DNA of 64,000 nucleotides from Ginglymostoma cirratum. Lineage: Eukaryota. The notes beneath the pieces are model-generated. The model ran no database searches and was not told the DNA's origin. It worked only from the letters and a program-made list of their open reading frames with translations. A program made the translations under genes and the position numbers. Below are positions 62,201 through 64,000 of this stretch, one piece after another. The stretch is from assembly GCA_024137785.1 (NCBI GenBank), contig JAHRHZ010000002.1, positions 10,705,263 through 10,769,262 on the forward strand, read 5' to 3'. How positions within the stretch are numbered: the stretch's first letter is position 1; each line of letters begins with the position of its first letter.

Positions 62201-64000
62201 CCAGCAAGTTGAATATGCTTCCGATCATACTAAAGTCAGGGTGGAAATCAGGAATAGGAAGCACGTGGAGGACAATATACACATCACTCCCTGTCACGCC
62301 TTTCCCCAAAACAAGACGCAAATTACATAGAATCTGACAGCAAAGCCTCTTAAAACTTGACCAGTGCAGAATTTAGAAATTTAAAGATCATGGATGGTCT
62401 GAATGGTAAAATCTAACTGAAGAACCAAAATGAATTCTTCTACAAACAAACAAATCAGGAGCTGATGTGGACCTTTCAGTGCCTTAAAACTACTCCACTG
62501 TTCAATAAAATCACGACTGTTTTGCTTGTGGCCTCAGCTCAGCCATCCTCTCGACAATCTTTAACTTCCTTGTTAGCTAAAAACTATTCAACTCTGCCTT
62601 GAATGTATTGAATTTGCCCCGCCTTTACCAATCTTTGGGAGAAGACAGTTTCACAGTGCCATGACCCACTCTGGAAAAAGTTCCAGCTCACTCCATCTTC
62701 AATGGGAGACTCCTTACTTTTAAACTGTGCCCTCTCGTTCCAAGGAAGATGCAAACAAAGAACTGCAGATCCTGGAAACCTGAAACAAGATCAGAAATTG
62801 TGGGCAAAACTCAGCAGGTCTGCAGAGACAAAACAGACTTAATGCTTCAAGTCCATTTGCCCCTTGTGTTAACTCTGTATTTCTATCTCCATTCCACACT
62901 GTATGAGTCATAGAGTCATGGAGATGTACAGCAAGGAAACAAACTCTTCATTCCAACTCTTCCATGCCGATTAAATATCCTAAATTAATCCAGTCCCATT
63001 TGCCAGCATTTGGCCCATACCCCTCTGAACCCTTCCTATTTACGTACCCATCCAGATGCCTTTTAAATGTTGTAATTGTACCAGCCTCCACCACTTTTTC
63101 CAGCAGCTCATTTTATACATGCACCACCCTCTGAGTAAGAAAAATGCCTCTTAAGTCGCTTTTATATCTTTTTCCTCTCACCTTCAACCTATGCCCTCCG
63201 GTTTTGGACTCTCCTGCACTGAGGAAAAGACTTTGGCTATTCAAACTATTTACCCTATCCATGCCTCTATCCATCTATGATTCTATGATTCTCGATGCTA
63301 CCAGAACTGTTGATTTTCTCCAGCACTATCTGTTTTAGTCCCCTCGTTAACGTCTCTGCCATAAGGGGACACATTTTCTCAGCATCGCCTTACATGTTCC
63401 CTCAGGACGTTGCATATTTCATTAAGTTGACCTCTCAGTCATCAAAACTCCAAAGAATACAGAGACAAGCCGTCAGATACTTCCTCGGAAAATAACCTCC
63501 CATTCAAGGTATCAGTAAAGTGAAACATTTCTCAGATAACTGCCAATACATTGATGTCCTTTCCCGATGAAGACATCAAAATTTTACACAGTCCTCCAGA
63601 AGGAGTCGCCCCAATATCCCATACAACCATAGCAAACCATCGCGACATGTATGTTCCATTCATTCACCTAATATCATGCTCGTTTAATTACCCTGTACAA
63701 CATTAATATTTACCTCCACAATACAAATGCTAGTTGCCGAACAGAAAGATAAATATATGGGCATTTTATCCTCATCCAGTCAGTTTTATTAATTTGTTTA
63801 CAAGTATCAACGGCTTTTGAAAGGGGATCTTCAGAAACGTATGTATTAGGTTTCATGAACCATCGATGGTGAAACTTCGAGTGAAGTGTTCTGCTTTTGC
63901 TTGACGAGGTCCAGGAGAAATTTGTCTGGAACTCATCCGTAGTTCAAACGTTTGAACTGAAATCCACGCTGATCGCAAGAACATTTGTCAGCAACTGATC

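Noticed and set aside
59850-62330. Possible second gene or decayed LTR element downstream of NCR3
   Set aside because: No recognisable motif, consistent exon chain or terminal repeat that I could support by eye.

Overview
Eukaryotic, repeat-rich vertebrate DNA. The repeat complement (HE1-type V-SINEs, HER1/CR1, Rex1, RTE, Tx1, Penelope-like and Deu-domain SINEs) points to a shark or other cartilaginous fish (inference). There is one host gene, on the + strand at about 28.0-59.3 kb: an NKp30 (NCR3)-family receptor. I reconstructed it by hand from splice sites. It has a putative first exon, a leader exon, a single germline-joined VJ-type Ig exon, an uncharged transmembrane exon, and ten 19-48 nt cytoplasmic exons that close one 285-aa ORF (one intron must be GC-AG). 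The ~128-aa tail carries YTPM (YxxM) and YGYDEL motifs. The first 27 kb is mostly decayed transposons: a degenerate Gypsy LTR element (6.5-10.9 kb), nested LINE/SINE stacks, and two minisatellite-filled non-autonomous retroposons. Many Penelope-derived mini-elements carry minimal hammerhead ribozyme cores, including a TSD-flanked 280-nt tandem (retrozyme-like) unit and fold-back hairpin copies inside the receptor's introns. A 400-N gap lies at 39519-39918. Almost all ORFs in the supplied track are spurious or TE fragments.
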